Below are positions 46,435-55,734 of a stretch of DNA of 64,000 nucleotides, in pieces (position 1 is the stretch's first letter; each line of letters begins with the position of its first letter). The stretch is taken from positions 635 to 64,634 of the forward strand of contig JBBTSO010000001.1 of the NCBI GenBank assembly GCA_038064695.1, written 5' to 3'. The translations under genes and the position numbers were made by a program. The stretch comes from Patescibacteria group bacterium. Its GTDB lineage: Bacteria > Patescibacteriota > Minisyncoccia > Phycocordibacterales > Phycocordibacteraceae. The notes beneath the pieces are model-generated. The model was not told where the DNA came from. It searched no databases and saw only the letters and a program-made list of their open reading frames with translations.

Positions 46435-46560
46435 CCGATACGAGCTTCGTACAGACACGTGTGTTTGTACGAACGAGCGAGGGCACGGGACAAGCTATGC
46501 TTATTCCGCACGGAGATGCGAGTAATTCTATTTTTGACAAAATCAATAAAATAATTCATA

Positions 46561-46878
46561 ATGCAAAGAAGCATGGCTTGGGGTGAAAATGATTCGCTGC
46601 GTCAAAACTTAAGTTACGCTGACCCGGGCGGCGGATGGAATCGCGGCAGTCGGGCAAACTCTGGCGGAGCGGGGAGATGGAATGCTCTCGTGATTGCTGT
46701 TTTGTCTGCTACCCTCACGTCGAAGTTGGTTGAGCCTCTCGTAGAGTTGCAATATAGAATGGATCACGGATATGGCTTTGATGGCGACGAACTAGTGTGG
46801 GCTCTTCTCTCAGGGGGAGGGGCTCTTCTCTCAGCAATGTTGTGTATAGCGGCAATTAGAACCGTTGTAAAAAAATAA
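46561..46878 (+). CDS. hypothetical protein with C-terminal TM
   Basis: GGGALLSAMLCIAAIRTVV; followed by bidirectional terminator. Confidence 0.45.
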   Translation: MQRSMAWGENDSLRQNLSYADPGGGWNRGSRANSGGAGRWNALVIAVLSATLTSKLVEPLVELQYRMDHGYGFDGDELVWALLSGGGALLSAMLCIAAIRTVVKK

Positions 46879-46879
46879 A

Positions 46880-46910
46880 ACACCCCTCGCGAGGGGTGTT
46901 TTATAGTGGC
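46880..46910. terminator. bidirectional terminator shared by convergent genes
   Basis: AAACACCCCTCGC-GA-GGGGTGTTT hairpin. Confidence 0.65.
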
Positions 46911-46915
46911 GTAGT

Positions 46916-47188
46916 TTATTTAACCGCGTCTTTCAATGCTTTTGCGGGGCGAAATTTTGGCGTGCGCATTGCAGGAACCTGAATGGTTTCACCGGTGCGA
47001 GGGTTTCTGCCTTGGCGAGCAGGGCGCATTTTTGTTGAAAAAATGCCCAAACCTGCAACCGACACCTCGTCTCCCTTCTTGAGGGAACCAACAATAGTGT
47101 CAATAAGGGTTTCAACAACCTCCTCGGCCTGAGTTTTAGTGCCGCCGAGCACGTCCTGAACTTTTTGTGCGAGATCTGCTTTGTTCAT
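46916..47188 (-). CDS. hup: HU family DNA-binding protein
   Basis: MNKADLAQKV...GDEVSVAGLGIF...RNPRTGETIQVPA. Confidence 0.93.
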   Translation of the reverse strand: MNKADLAQKVQDVLGGTKTQAEEVVETLIDTIVGSLKKGDEVSVAGLGIFSTKMRPARQGRNPRTGETIQVPAMRTPKFRPAKALKDAVK

Positions 47189-47330
47189 ATGAATGGGGTT
47201 AGCGTACTAAATCGCCGCTCTTACATCTTTTGCTTCTGATTGAGGCAATCAAGTGGCGTTAAAGCATTATATATCCAGGGTCTTTTGACGCAAGCACCTT
47301 TCATTGACCTAAATTTTATAAGAAAAAGTA

Positions 47331-47358
47331 TTGACTTTTAAAAAATATTTGCTAATAT
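47331..47358 (+). promoter_or_regulatory. sigma70-type promoter, near-leaderless
   Basis: TTGACT(47331-36)-N16-TAATAT(47353-58), ATG at 47369. Confidence 0.5.
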
Positions 47359-47368
47359 TTTATTTATT

Positions 47369-47686
47369 ATGGCGTACGATGGCGGAAAAGTTAACCGATT
47401 ACCTAACAGCACTGGCACAAACAGAAACAGCTATGCAGAGGGGCTACGAGCACTTGGTATAGTTGGCCTTTTTGGAGCTGTTGCTGCAGCACTTATCGGA
47501 ACAGGAGGTTTGGCAACCACAATTCACGGTCTGCAAGAAGGAATCTCTAGTCGAGTTGAAGACAACGATTTTATTATCTCTTTTGATTCTCACTTCATGG
47601 ATATCGCGGGGCTTGGAGCTGTAGGAACACTCGTGGCTGGAGCATTTATATATATGCTCTATTCAACTCATAAATATAAGGTTTGA
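47369..47686 (+). CDS. hypothetical two-TM membrane protein
   Basis: GIVGLFGAVAAALIGTGGLA and AGLGAVGTLVAGAFIYMLY. Confidence 0.5.
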   Translation: MAYDGGKVNRLPNSTGTNRNSYAEGLRALGIVGLFGAVAAALIGTGGLATTIHGLQEGISSRVEDNDFIISFDSHFMDIAGLGAVGTLVAGAFIYMLYSTHKYKV

Positions 47687-47712
47687 AAAACGCCCCTTTG
47701 GGGCGTTTTGTG
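47687..47712. terminator. bidirectional terminator
   Basis: AAACGCCCC-TTT-GGGGCGTTT. Confidence 0.65.
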
Positions 47713-49242
47713 TTAGCGGGCTATTTCTATCGTGCGGGTTTCGCGAATAATGTTTACTTTTATCTCTCCCGGATACTTCAATTCGTTTTGAATACGTTTT
47801 GCAATGGAGCGCGCCAGTTCACGTGCTTCAAGGTCTGAAATTTTTTCTGGTTCCACAAAAATTCTAACCTCGCGCCCCGCTTGAATTGCGTAGGCCTTGG
47901 CGACCCCCTCATAACTCTTTGCAATAGTTTCCAAGTCGTTGAGGCGCTCTAGGTAGCGCTCTACCGTGTCGCGCCGCGCGCCTGGTCTGCCCCCCGAAAC
48001 CGCGTCTGCCACCTGTACCAAAACACTTTCCAACGTTTCATACGGGTACTCTTCATGGTGCGCCTGCATCGCCTGAATGATGCGCTTATCTACACCAAAC
48101 TTTTCAAGAATCCTGCGACCAATTTCAACGTGCGTTCCCTCTACCTCATGGTCAACCGCTTTTCCAATGTCGTGGAGGAGTGCTCCGGCTTTTGCCACCT
48201 TCGCATCTGCGCCAAGTTCAGTCGCAAGCATCCCCGCGAGGTGCGCCATTTCAATTGAGTGCTGGAGTACATTTTGCCCGTAGCTGGTTCGGAAGTGGAG
48301 ACGCCCCAAGAGCGGCATCACCCGTGGGTCTAAGTCATGAAGCCCAACCTCGTACGCCGCTGCTTCTGCTTTTTCCTTCATCACCTTGGCTATTTCTTCC
48401 TTAGCTTTCACTACCACTTCTTCAATTTTTGCCGGCTGAATGCGCTGGTCTACAATCAGTTTTTCCAATGCGAGACGCGCAATCTGGCGCCTCACCGGGT
48501 CAAACGAAGAAAGGGTAATCATGCCCGGAGTGTCGTCCACTAACACATCCACCCCTGTGGCGCGTTCAAACGCGCGAATATTTCTTCCTTCTTTTCCAAT
48601 AATTTTTCCCTTGATGTCATCTGAGGGAAGGGGAACTGAGGTAGAAAGTGTTTCAGCATTCACTGAATTGCCGAGGCGGTGAATGGTGGAGGTTAAGATG
48701 TCGCGTGCTTTTGCCTCTAAACGCTCTTTCCCGTCAATTTCCAACTTTTGAAGACGTACGAGTATATCTTCTTCATGATTTTTACGGAGCGATTCAAAAA
48801 GTTCTTGCTTCGCCTCAGCTTCAGTCAGGCGCGCCACGGACTCTAGCTCTTTTTCGCGTGTTTCAATTAGCGCGTCCGCGCGCTCTTTTATGGTGCGCAC
48901 CTCTTGAATTTGCTCCTTTATACGCGTGGCTTCCTGGTCAATATCCAACTGGCGTTTATCAAGGTACGCTTCTTTTTCGCCAATGCGGCGGTCTTTGGCG
49001 AAGAGTGATTCTTCTTTTTCACGGAACTCTTCGCGGAGCTCGTTTTCAAGCTCGTGTGCTTTTTCTTCCGCGACATCAAGCACGTTTTTCGCTTCCTCTT
49101 TTGAGTCAAGGAGCATCTGTTTTATCTCCAACTCCACCGAACCCTTTTGGCCAAGAGAAACAAGCCACCGCAAGAAGTAGCCGATCAAGATCCCCAAGAT
49201 GCCGGCTAAGGCTAGGAGAACGAGTATTAATTTAAATGACAT
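47713..49242 (-). CDS. rny: ribonuclease Y
   Basis: N-terminal TM, coiled coil, KH region, HD motif GLLHDIGKAVDHE. Confidence 0.93.
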   Translation of the reverse strand: MSFKLILVLLALAGILGILIGYFLRWLVSLGQKGSVELEIKQMLLDSKEEAKNVLDVAEEKAHELENELREEFREKEESLFAKDRRIGEKEAYLDKRQLDIDQEATRIKEQIQEVRTIKERADALIETREKELESVARLTEAEAKQELFESLRKNHEEDILVRLQKLEIDGKERLEAKARDILTSTIHRLGNSVNAETLSTSVPLPSDDIKGKIIGKEGRNIRAFERATGVDVLVDDTPGMITLSSFDPVRRQIARLALEKLIVDQRIQPAKIEEVVVKAKEEIAKVMKEKAEAAAYEVGLHDLDPRVMPLLGRLHFRTSYGQNVLQHSIEMAHLAGMLATELGADAKVAKAGALLHDIGKAVDHEVEGTHVEIGRRILEKFGVDKRIIQAMQAHHEEYPYETLESVLVQVADAVSGGRPGARRDTVERYLERLNDLETIAKSYEGVAKAYAIQAGREVRIFVEPEKISDLEARELARSIAKRIQNELKYPGEIKVNIIRETRTIEIAR

Positions 49243-49550
49243 GGTTCGTTTTCAATTCCGCTACAATTGAAACGAGAACCTGACAACGCTAAAAAGTACA
49301 CTAGAGCGTAGCGTGCGGAAGGTGAGAACACGAATTGAATTTCAGAGATGCGAAGAAAGCCATAGTGAGTGTCTTTAGGAGTATCAGTCGTTTCAGTCGT
49401 TTCAGTCGTAGCAGGAGTAATCAGTAATAACAGAGGGACTTCTCAACTATACCCCTCCCGTGGTTTTTTGCAAAAAATAAACCCTTGGGTGGAGGGGTGC
49501 ATAACTTCGTTGACTGCCGCAAGGGACAGGAGTACGGTGTGGAGAATTTT

Positions 49551-49667
49551 ATGATAGATGCAAAAATTGAAATACCAGTGAACACGGTTACGATGATTGG
49601 GTGGTCACTCTTTATGCTTCCTATCATAGTGTGGGCTGCGCAATCTCTCCCGGTGGGTGGTGACTAA
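49551..49667 (+). CDS. hypothetical 38-aa membrane peptide
   Basis: GGAGAA Shine-Dalgarno 6 nt before ATG; MIDAKIEIPVNTVTMIGWSLFMLPIIVWAAQSLPVGGD; perfect terminator follows. Confidence 0.4.
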   Translation: MIDAKIEIPVNTVTMIGWSLFMLPIIVWAAQSLPVGGD

Positions 49668-49700
49668 AAATTCCAGAATTATCTGGAATTTTTCTCATCG
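49668..49700 (+). terminator. rho-independent terminator
   Basis: AAAATTCCAGA-ttat-TCTGGAATTTT. Confidence 0.65.
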
Positions 49701-49729
49701 CTCTTTTCTCATCACTGTTCACTGTTCGT

Positions 49730-50341
49730 TTAATTCCGTGCCTTGTAAACATCGTCAATGATGCCGTACTTTTTTGCTTCGTCTGCTGACATGAAGTAGT
49801 CGCGCTCCACATCTTTTTCAATTTTCTTGAGATCTTGACCAGTATTTTTAGCCAAAATTTTATTGAGGCGCTCGCGCGTTGCAATAATATGCTTCGCGGT
49901 AATTTCAATGTCGGTGGCCTGTCCTTGCGCCCCACCCCATGGCTGGTGAATCATAATTTCTGAGTTAGGGAGCGCGAAGCGCTTACCCTTCTTTCCGACT
50001 GAGAGGATAACTGCAGCGGCCGAAGCTGCCAGACCCACGGTCACGGTCGCCACATCAGGTTTCACGTGATTCATCGTGTCCAAAATAGCGAGTCCTGCAC
50101 TCACTGAGCCCCCGGGAGAGTTGATGTAGAGGTAGATGTCCTTTTTAGGATCTTCTGCTTCAAGGAAAAGTAGTTGGGCAATGACGAGGTTTGCGCTGTA
50201 GTCTTCAACCGGACCTCCAAGGAAAATGATGCGCTCTTTCAAGAGGCGAGAGTAAATGTCGTACGCGCGCTCGCCGAGGTTAGTTTTTTCAATAACCATC
50301 GGCACGATCATGTTGCTCATTGGGTGTTGTTTATCAGTCAT
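49730..50341 (-). CDS. clpP: ATP-dependent Clp protease proteolytic subunit
   Basis: [17 protein letters not shown] motifs. Confidence 0.92.
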   Translation of the reverse strand: MTDKQHPMSNMIVPMVIEKTNLGERAYDIYSRLLKERIIFLGGPVEDYSANLVIAQLLFLEAEDPKKDIYLYINSPGGSVSAGLAILDTMNHVKPDVATVTVGLAASAAAVILSVGKKGKRFALPNSEIMIHQPWGGAQGQATDIEITAKHIIATRERLNKILAKNTGQDLKKIEKDVERDYFMSADEAKKYGIIDDVYKARN

Positions 50342-50348
50342 AGTTTCC

Positions 50349-51410
50349 TTATGATACCGCAGGCTCGCTTTTTACACCAACCACCTCCCATACTTTTTCG
50401 CGCATGAAGGATTCGCGGGCATAAGAGTGTGCACGGTCGTGGGGGACTCCTTGGCTCACTATTTTGTGCGCAAACTCTTCCTCTTTTTTCTTATCTTCTT
50501 CAGTGAGTTCTAACTTTTCTTCGCGAATAATGTTTCCGAATACCAAGTCCAGCGTAATACGCTTGGTGGCGCTTGGACGTAAATCTTCACGCACCTGTTC
50601 TTCAGTTTTCCCGACACGTTTTAGGTACTCATTCCACTGCAAGTTTTGTCCTGCGACATCGCGCTTAAACGTCTCTAGGAGTGAGCGACTTTCTTCCTCC
50701 ACCAACACGTTGGGAATCTGACACACGGCCCCCGCAATGAGTGCTTCGGCAACAGCGCTTCGCTTTTTTTGGTTTCCGCGATCATGGACTGCTTTTTCTG
50801 CTTCGCCGTGGATAAAAAACTCAGCGGCTTCACCGTTTTCAAACCCCACCAGTTTTGCTTCGTCGTCAGAAAGCGCAACATCTGCTTTGTCCTCGTTTTC
50901 TTGAGAATCGCCTTCTTTTACTTCTTCCGGTTTTGACATTTTCGCAATCGCGCGGACTTGGGTACGGAACGCGCGCTTTGCCTCGGCGGTTTCTTTGGTT
51001 ACATCCTCCGTGGGAAGTGCTGCGAGCGCTTTTTGAGCAACCGTTTTGTAGTCAAAAGATTCACACACGGGTGGAGTAACAACCACAATTTCAAAATCAA
51101 CATCGAGATCTGGCTCGGCTCCTTTTAAGGAAAGTGCGAGTGGCACGATGGGGACGAGTTTCTCCTGTTTCAAAAGATCATCTACTTCTTCTCGGAGCGC
51201 TCGCTCAGCCGCGTCTTTCCACAAAAACCCCACCCCTACTTCTTTAATAACGAGGTCCTTCGGTGCGTGCCCCTTTCTAAATCCTGACATAGAAACCTCT
51301 TTTACTGCCGCATCAACTGCCTTTTCATAAAACTGCTTTACGGTTTCTTTAGGGAGGGTGCCTTTAAGCACTACTTCCGCGTTGTGACGAACTTCTTTGG
51401 TGACATTCAT
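50349..51410 (-). CDS. tig: trigger factor (short form, 353 aa)
   Basis: Ribosome-binding signature GFRKGHAP near N-terminus. Confidence 0.85.
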   Translation of the reverse strand: MNVTKEVRHNAEVVLKGTLPKETVKQFYEKAVDAAVKEVSMSGFRKGHAPKDLVIKEVGVGFLWKDAAERALREEVDDLLKQEKLVPIVPLALSLKGAEPDLDVDFEIVVVTPPVCESFDYKTVAQKALAALPTEDVTKETAEAKRAFRTQVRAIAKMSKPEEVKEGDSQENEDKADVALSDDEAKLVGFENGEAAEFFIHGEAEKAVHDRGNQKKRSAVAEALIAGAVCQIPNVLVEEESRSLLETFKRDVAGQNLQWNEYLKRVGKTEEQVREDLRPSATKRITLDLVFGNIIREEKLELTEEDKKKEEEFAHKIVSQGVPHDRAHSYARESFMREKVWEVVGVKSEPAVS

Positions 51411-51439
51411 TCGTGTATCCTACCTGATTCTCTTTAATA

Positions 51440-51472
51440 AAACAAAAACCCGCAGCGCGGGTTTTTTGTTTC
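51440..51472 (-). terminator. rho-independent terminator
   Basis: AACCCGC-agc-GCGGGTT with flanking A/T runs. Confidence 0.6.
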
Positions 51473-51493
51473 TTTGGTTCAACAAACGACGTT

Positions 51494-51805
51494 TTATTGC
51501 GCGTTCAGTTCTGCTTCAAAGTCTGCGGACGCGGAATCAAGGCCGGTGAGATCAGTTGCGTTGAGATCTGCCTCAATGTCGGCGAGGTCGGTTGACGTTC
51601 CTTGCTGGCGTAGTTTGTCTTCCTCATCAGCGGTAATACCTGCTGCCTGTTCTTCAGACTTCAGTTTATCAACGCCTGATGTGAAGTAGTAAAAACCACC
51701 GATAGCGAGTAACACCACAATAATGACGATGCCAATAATTGGACCGATGCCTCCACTCTGTTTAGGAGTTGGGTTCACTGCTGACTCTTGTTCCATGTTT
51801 TCCAT
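51494..51805 (-). CDS. hypothetical single-pass membrane protein with acidic C-terminus
   Basis: GPIIGIVIIVVLLAIGGFYYF. Confidence 0.5.
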   Translation of the reverse strand: MENMEQESAVNPTPKQSGGIGPIIGIVIIVVLLAIGGFYYFTSGVDKLKSEEQAAGITADEEDKLRQQGTSTDLADIEADLNATDLTGLDSASADFEAELNAQ

Positions 51806-51826
51806 ATGTATTCAGTATACACGACA

Positions 51827-52471
51827 CTAGTCATCGTCCTCAGAATCGTCTGGTTCAACAAGTTCTTTGAGCGCTTCTACCGCCTCACGAACTGCTTTAA
51901 ACGCCTCTCGTATATGTTCTTTTGCTTCGTTTAATGTTTCCTTGGTATCAGCAAAGAGACTCTTTAGCTCGTCACGAGTAGGGGGCGTTGTCGTTGCAAG
52001 CCCCGCGGTTAAGTCGGCCTGTATCTCAACGAGTGCTGCTTCAGCCAGAGCAAGTTCAGCTTCTGCGGTAACTAAGTGCGCGCGCGCAGGAGCAGTATTC
52101 TTTCCCTGTGTATCTAATTCATCAGCACGCGCGTCAACGCGCGTAATGAATTTTTCAACACGTTCAATGGCTGCGCCTAAAATGCGTACAAAGCGAGTGA
52201 TGTGGTTTTGAATTCTCCCCCCGAGTTCGTTGGTTAATTTTTCTTGGCGATCTTCACGACGATCTTCTAAGTTCTGCTGACGATCCTCTCTGCGATCTTC
52301 GCGACGTTCCTCGCGTTCTTCGCGTTCCTCTTCACGATGCTCGCGGCGCTCTTCAAGCGTAGTTGAAGAAACGCCTAGAGACGGTTCATCATCGGCGTAC
52401 GCAACAGGTACCGCCACAAAAAAACCGAGCGCCATAAGCGCCATCAATGTGTGTTTGGTAAGTAGTTTCAT
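51827..52471 (-). CDS. exported coiled-coil protein with Arg/Glu-rich repeat tract
   Basis: Signal peptide MKLLTKHTLMALMALGFFVAVPVAYA; EERREHREEEREEREERREDRREDRQQNLEDRREDRQEK. Confidence 0.55.
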   Translation of the reverse strand: MKLLTKHTLMALMALGFFVAVPVAYADDEPSLGVSSTTLEERREHREEEREEREERREDRREDRQQNLEDRREDRQEKLTNELGGRIQNHITRFVRILGAAIERVEKFITRVDARADELDTQGKNTAPARAHLVTAEAELALAEAALVEIQADLTAGLATTTPPTRDELKSLFADTKETLNEAKEHIREAFKAVREAVEALKELVEPDDSEDDD

Positions 52472-52597
52472 AGGTTCAAGGTTGAATTAAGAAGCGCCCT
52501 AGATAAGAGGTGTGCGCTCCGTACAGTATAAAACGTTTTTCTAACCTCTTTCTTACGAAAGGTTGACACGAAACAGAGATACTATTACTGTTTCTAA

Positions 52598-52855
52598 ATG
52601 AGCTTTCGTCTTCGTGAACGTCCTGCGGAAATGTTTGTTGGTTTAACCACTTTCGCCGTAGGGGTATGGGGGGTTTACCTTGCACTAACTGGTGACCTGA
52701 CTGAGGACGTACCGTATGCAAACAGCGTAAACGAGGCAGCGCAAAACTTTACGGGGCTTGTGGGAATTGGGTTAATCGTTATTTCGCTTATGGGAATGAC
52801 GCGAGGGTTTACCACACCAATAAGTGTGGCTCCTGATCACTCTCTCAAGGTATAA
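52598..52855 (+). CDS. hypothetical two-TM small membrane protein
   Basis: TTGACA-N17-TACTGT 6 nt before ATG; TMs LTTFAVGVWGVYLAL and LVGIGLIVISLMGM. Confidence 0.45.
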   Translation: MSFRLRERPAEMFVGLTTFAVGVWGVYLALTGDLTEDVPYANSVNEAAQNFTGLVGIGLIVISLMGMTRGFTTPISVAPDHSLKV

Positions 52856-52859
52856 ATAT

Positions 52860-53861
52860 TTAAAACGGATTGCGCGCACCGCGAACTTCAAAGTGAAGGT
52901 GGGGACCCGTTGAGCGCCCGGTATTACCCACCGCGCCAATAACTTGGCCTTGTACGACGCGTGCTCCCGCAAAAACAAAATTTCCTGAAAGGTGCGCGTA
53001 GAGCGTTTGTGTTCCGTTGTCGTGTTTTATAACGATGTACTGACCGTACCCGCCGTTGTACCCGTAGCTTCGTGAAATAATAACTTCTCCAGGAGCTGAC
53101 GCGAGTACCTGCGTCCCCGTCGGCGCGGCAATATCAATGCCGTTGTATCCGTGAATACCTTGGCTTCGCTTGCCTCCCACCAAGGGTCGGAGGAAGTACC
53201 CGTCAAGCGTTGGGCCCCCTGCTCCTTTCGCTATCGCCCGAACCGGTGTTCCGGTGACTTGTGGAGCTTCACCATAAGGAATAATGACGACGTCACCCAC
53301 GGCAAGAGCGGCTCCTTCAGAGAGTGCGTTGAACTCAAGTACCTCGGCAATATCTCCCTTGTACTTTTTCACCACCGACGCAATAGTGTCGCCCTTTACG
53401 ACAGTATGGCGGATACCTGAAACAGGCAAAATGGCGAGTGTTTCCCCGGGGCGGATCACATTTCCACGGCCGAGGTCGTTAGCCCAAATAATAGTATTAG
53501 TTGAAACATTGAAAAGTTCGGCAATTTGCGAGAGGGTATCTCCTTCACGCACTACATAAATAGAAATTTGATCGGCTCCGGGGCGAGCGACTTCAATATC
53601 GGCAAGTGTTCCCGAAGGCCCTATTTCAGGAACCAGCGCAACGCCCCCGGTGATGGTGATGTCGCCACCGCCTTTTGCCGGGTTAGGGTCAACATTCACT
53701 GCCGCGCGAAGCGCGGGGGTTTCATCAACGCGGTGCAGGGCAGGAGTGTGTGAGGCGCCTACAAATTCTGTTCCTGCCTTTAACAAAGCGCCGATATCAA
53801 AAGAAAACGCGTAGGCGTAGTGGGGGACTAAAAAGAGCGCCCCGAGTACAAAAAGAGGCAC
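52860..53861 (-). CDS. LysM-domain M23 family peptidoglycan metalloendopeptidase
   Basis: Two LysM repeats (YVVREGDTLSQIA..., HTVVKGDTIASVV...), M23 motifs HGYNGIDIAAPTGT and HLHFEV. Confidence 0.85.
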   Translation of the reverse strand: MPLFVLGALFLVPHYAYAFSFDIGALLKAGTEFVGASHTPALHRVDETPALRAAVNVDPNPAKGGGDITITGGVALVPEIGPSGTLADIEVARPGADQISIYVVREGDTLSQIAELFNVSTNTIIWANDLGRGNVIRPGETLAILPVSGIRHTVVKGDTIASVVKKYKGDIAEVLEFNALSEGAALAVGDVVIIPYGEAPQVTGTPVRAIAKGAGGPTLDGYFLRPLVGGKRSQGIHGYNGIDIAAPTGTQVLASAPGEVIISRSYGYNGGYGQYIVIKHDNGTQTLYAHLSGNFVFAGARVVQGQVIGAVGNTGRSTGPHLHFEVRGARNPF

Positions 53862-54153
53862 GGGTAACCCCGTATATATCTTTTTTATGAGTTGGCGTAT
53901 ACGAAGTGAAACTAAAACGCCAAGGCTATGAATTTTTTTTCCTATAGTGAAGTCCCTGCGGGATTGGTGTACGGCAATTCAGTAATATGGCTCACTTGAG
54001 CCATTTTCTTTCATTTCTATCGTCACTGAGTATGACCACTATAGCCCCTGAGGTGGGGAAGTCAACCAAGGATAGGGAGGAGGAGTGGAAAGATAAAAAC
54101 CCTTGACAAAACGATTTTAACGTTATAATATAAGCGGATTCTAACAAAAACAC

Positions 54154-55707
54154 ATGTTGCACGAAGCCTACGAATTTATTCAGGAATCAGGACTTTTAGG
54201 AAACGCACTTGGCGCGCTCCGTGAGGCTGCGTACGAAGCGGTAGACAACACCTACGCTCCCGTCATGCTTGAAGCCGCGGTAATGGCAGCTGACCAAACC
54301 CCTGAAGTGACTCTTGCTTCGGCAGCTGCTGCGTCTGGAGATGAAGTCTGTGACGTTTATCCAGAAAACGTGGAGGAAGCTGGAGCGATAATTAGCGCCA
54401 AGTGTGACGGTGGCATTCCTGCCACTCGTGACATTGTAAAAGAAGCCATGCCTACCGCCCGGCTTGGCGAAAAACATCCGCTGTATCAAGCTATTCAACT
54501 GCGGCGTGAGGGCTTAAACAACCTTTCAGATCAAGAAATTATTAAATTCAATAAGTATATTGGGCTCTACGACCCAACAAGCGTTGAGGAAAGTGCTGCA
54601 CTTGCGGACGGAACCACATTTACTCTCCGGGACGACGGTGTTTTTGAAATAAGGGACCCTGAAGGAAATTTAATTTTAACGGTTGGCTGTGATGGGGAAG
54701 TAACTAAATATCAATCAATTTCGATGTTTACTTCGCAACCATGCGAAGGTTTGACGTGTGTGAAAGTACCTGAATCAGTCGCCGCTGCTGCGCCAGTGAC
54801 CGTTGAAGAACCTGTTATTGAAAAACCAATTCGTGTACAAGAACAGGTTTATTGGTGTGCAGACGATGAAGGGACTATACGGGCAGAGGAGGTAAGGAGG
54901 TTTGAGTCAGTTGAGGATGCGCGTAAATATGTTTCCAACCCTGACAACGTTGATGGATATCAAACGGGTAGAAAATGCCCGTACTTCTGGATTGCAAATG
55001 GTGACGGGAACGCGCAGCGCATTGAATTCGAACGCTTGAAAGACGGTACGATTGATCTTAAGGAAGAAACTTTGACAGAAATCGGCATTAACGACGGTAA
55101 ACCAAATTACACATCAGGAACGCGCATCCAGTCATTTGACCCACTTAAAAACCTCGCACTCCCCGACGGAGAAAAATTTGAAAAATATTTTACTGGCTAT
55201 GCAGGGACATCAAACGTTCGTGCTGACGACGGGATGGGTTATGGTATAGAAAAGGGTGAAATGTATATGCCTTCTGCTCCGCAAGAATTTGTGTATGACG
55301 AAAAAACAAACACCTATGTGCGTGAGGATTTAGAAACATCGACAACTCGCACGGTCAACCTCTGGCTACGCGAAGCAGGAATTTCATCAGGTGAGTGGAA
55401 CGAAGTGTATGACATGCGCCTACCTGCAGAATTTGCTGACTCTGGTACAAGCATCAAAGAGCGGGCTCAAGCACTGATTGAATCTGCCGCTACTGAAGGA
55501 GTAGTACTTTCACAAGAGGATGCAACTGAACTGTCAAGAATTATTACCGCGGGACAAGGAAAAGATGCTGGTTTTTATACGCCAACCGAACGTTTTCCTG
55601 ATGCAATAAAAACATCGGCACGGGGAGCTGATGGTTCTATGCGAACCCTGGATGAAGTACTGTTTGATACGGCAAGAAAAACTTCTGTAATCCAACGTTC
55701 ATTCTAA
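54154..55707 (+). CDS. hypothetical 517-aa acidic cytoplasmic protein, no recognisable motif
   Basis: Long uninterrupted ORF; promoter TTGACA(54103-08)-N15-TATAAT(54124-29); 28 bp upstream of helicase gene. Confidence 0.55.
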   Translation: MLHEAYEFIQESGLLGNALGALREAAYEAVDNTYAPVMLEAAVMAADQTPEVTLASAAAASGDEVCDVYPENVEEAGAIISAKCDGGIPATRDIVKEAMPTARLGEKHPLYQAIQLRREGLNNLSDQEIIKFNKYIGLYDPTSVEESAALADGTTFTLRDDGVFEIRDPEGNLILTVGCDGEVTKYQSISMFTSQPCEGLTCVKVPESVAAAAPVTVEEPVIEKPIRVQEQVYWCADDEGTIRAEEVRRFESVEDARKYVSNPDNVDGYQTGRKCPYFWIANGDGNAQRIEFERLKDGTIDLKEETLTEIGINDGKPNYTSGTRIQSFDPLKNLALPDGEKFEKYFTGYAGTSNVRADDGMGYGIEKGEMYMPSAPQEFVYDEKTNTYVREDLETSTTRTVNLWLREAGISSGEWNEVYDMRLPAEFADSGTSIKERAQALIESAATEGVVLSQEDATELSRIITAGQGKDAGFYTPTERFPDAIKTSARGADGSMRTLDEVLFDTARKTSVIQRSF

Positions 55708-55734
55708 AAATCTCATACTGCGTTATAGTTTAGG

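Noticed and set aside
49385-49411. Possible CRISPR array
   Set aside because: Only three contiguous copies of a 9-mer (CAGTCGTTT) with no spacers and no cas genes. It is a micro-tandem repeat, not CRISPR. No other repeat-spacer structure is seen in the window.
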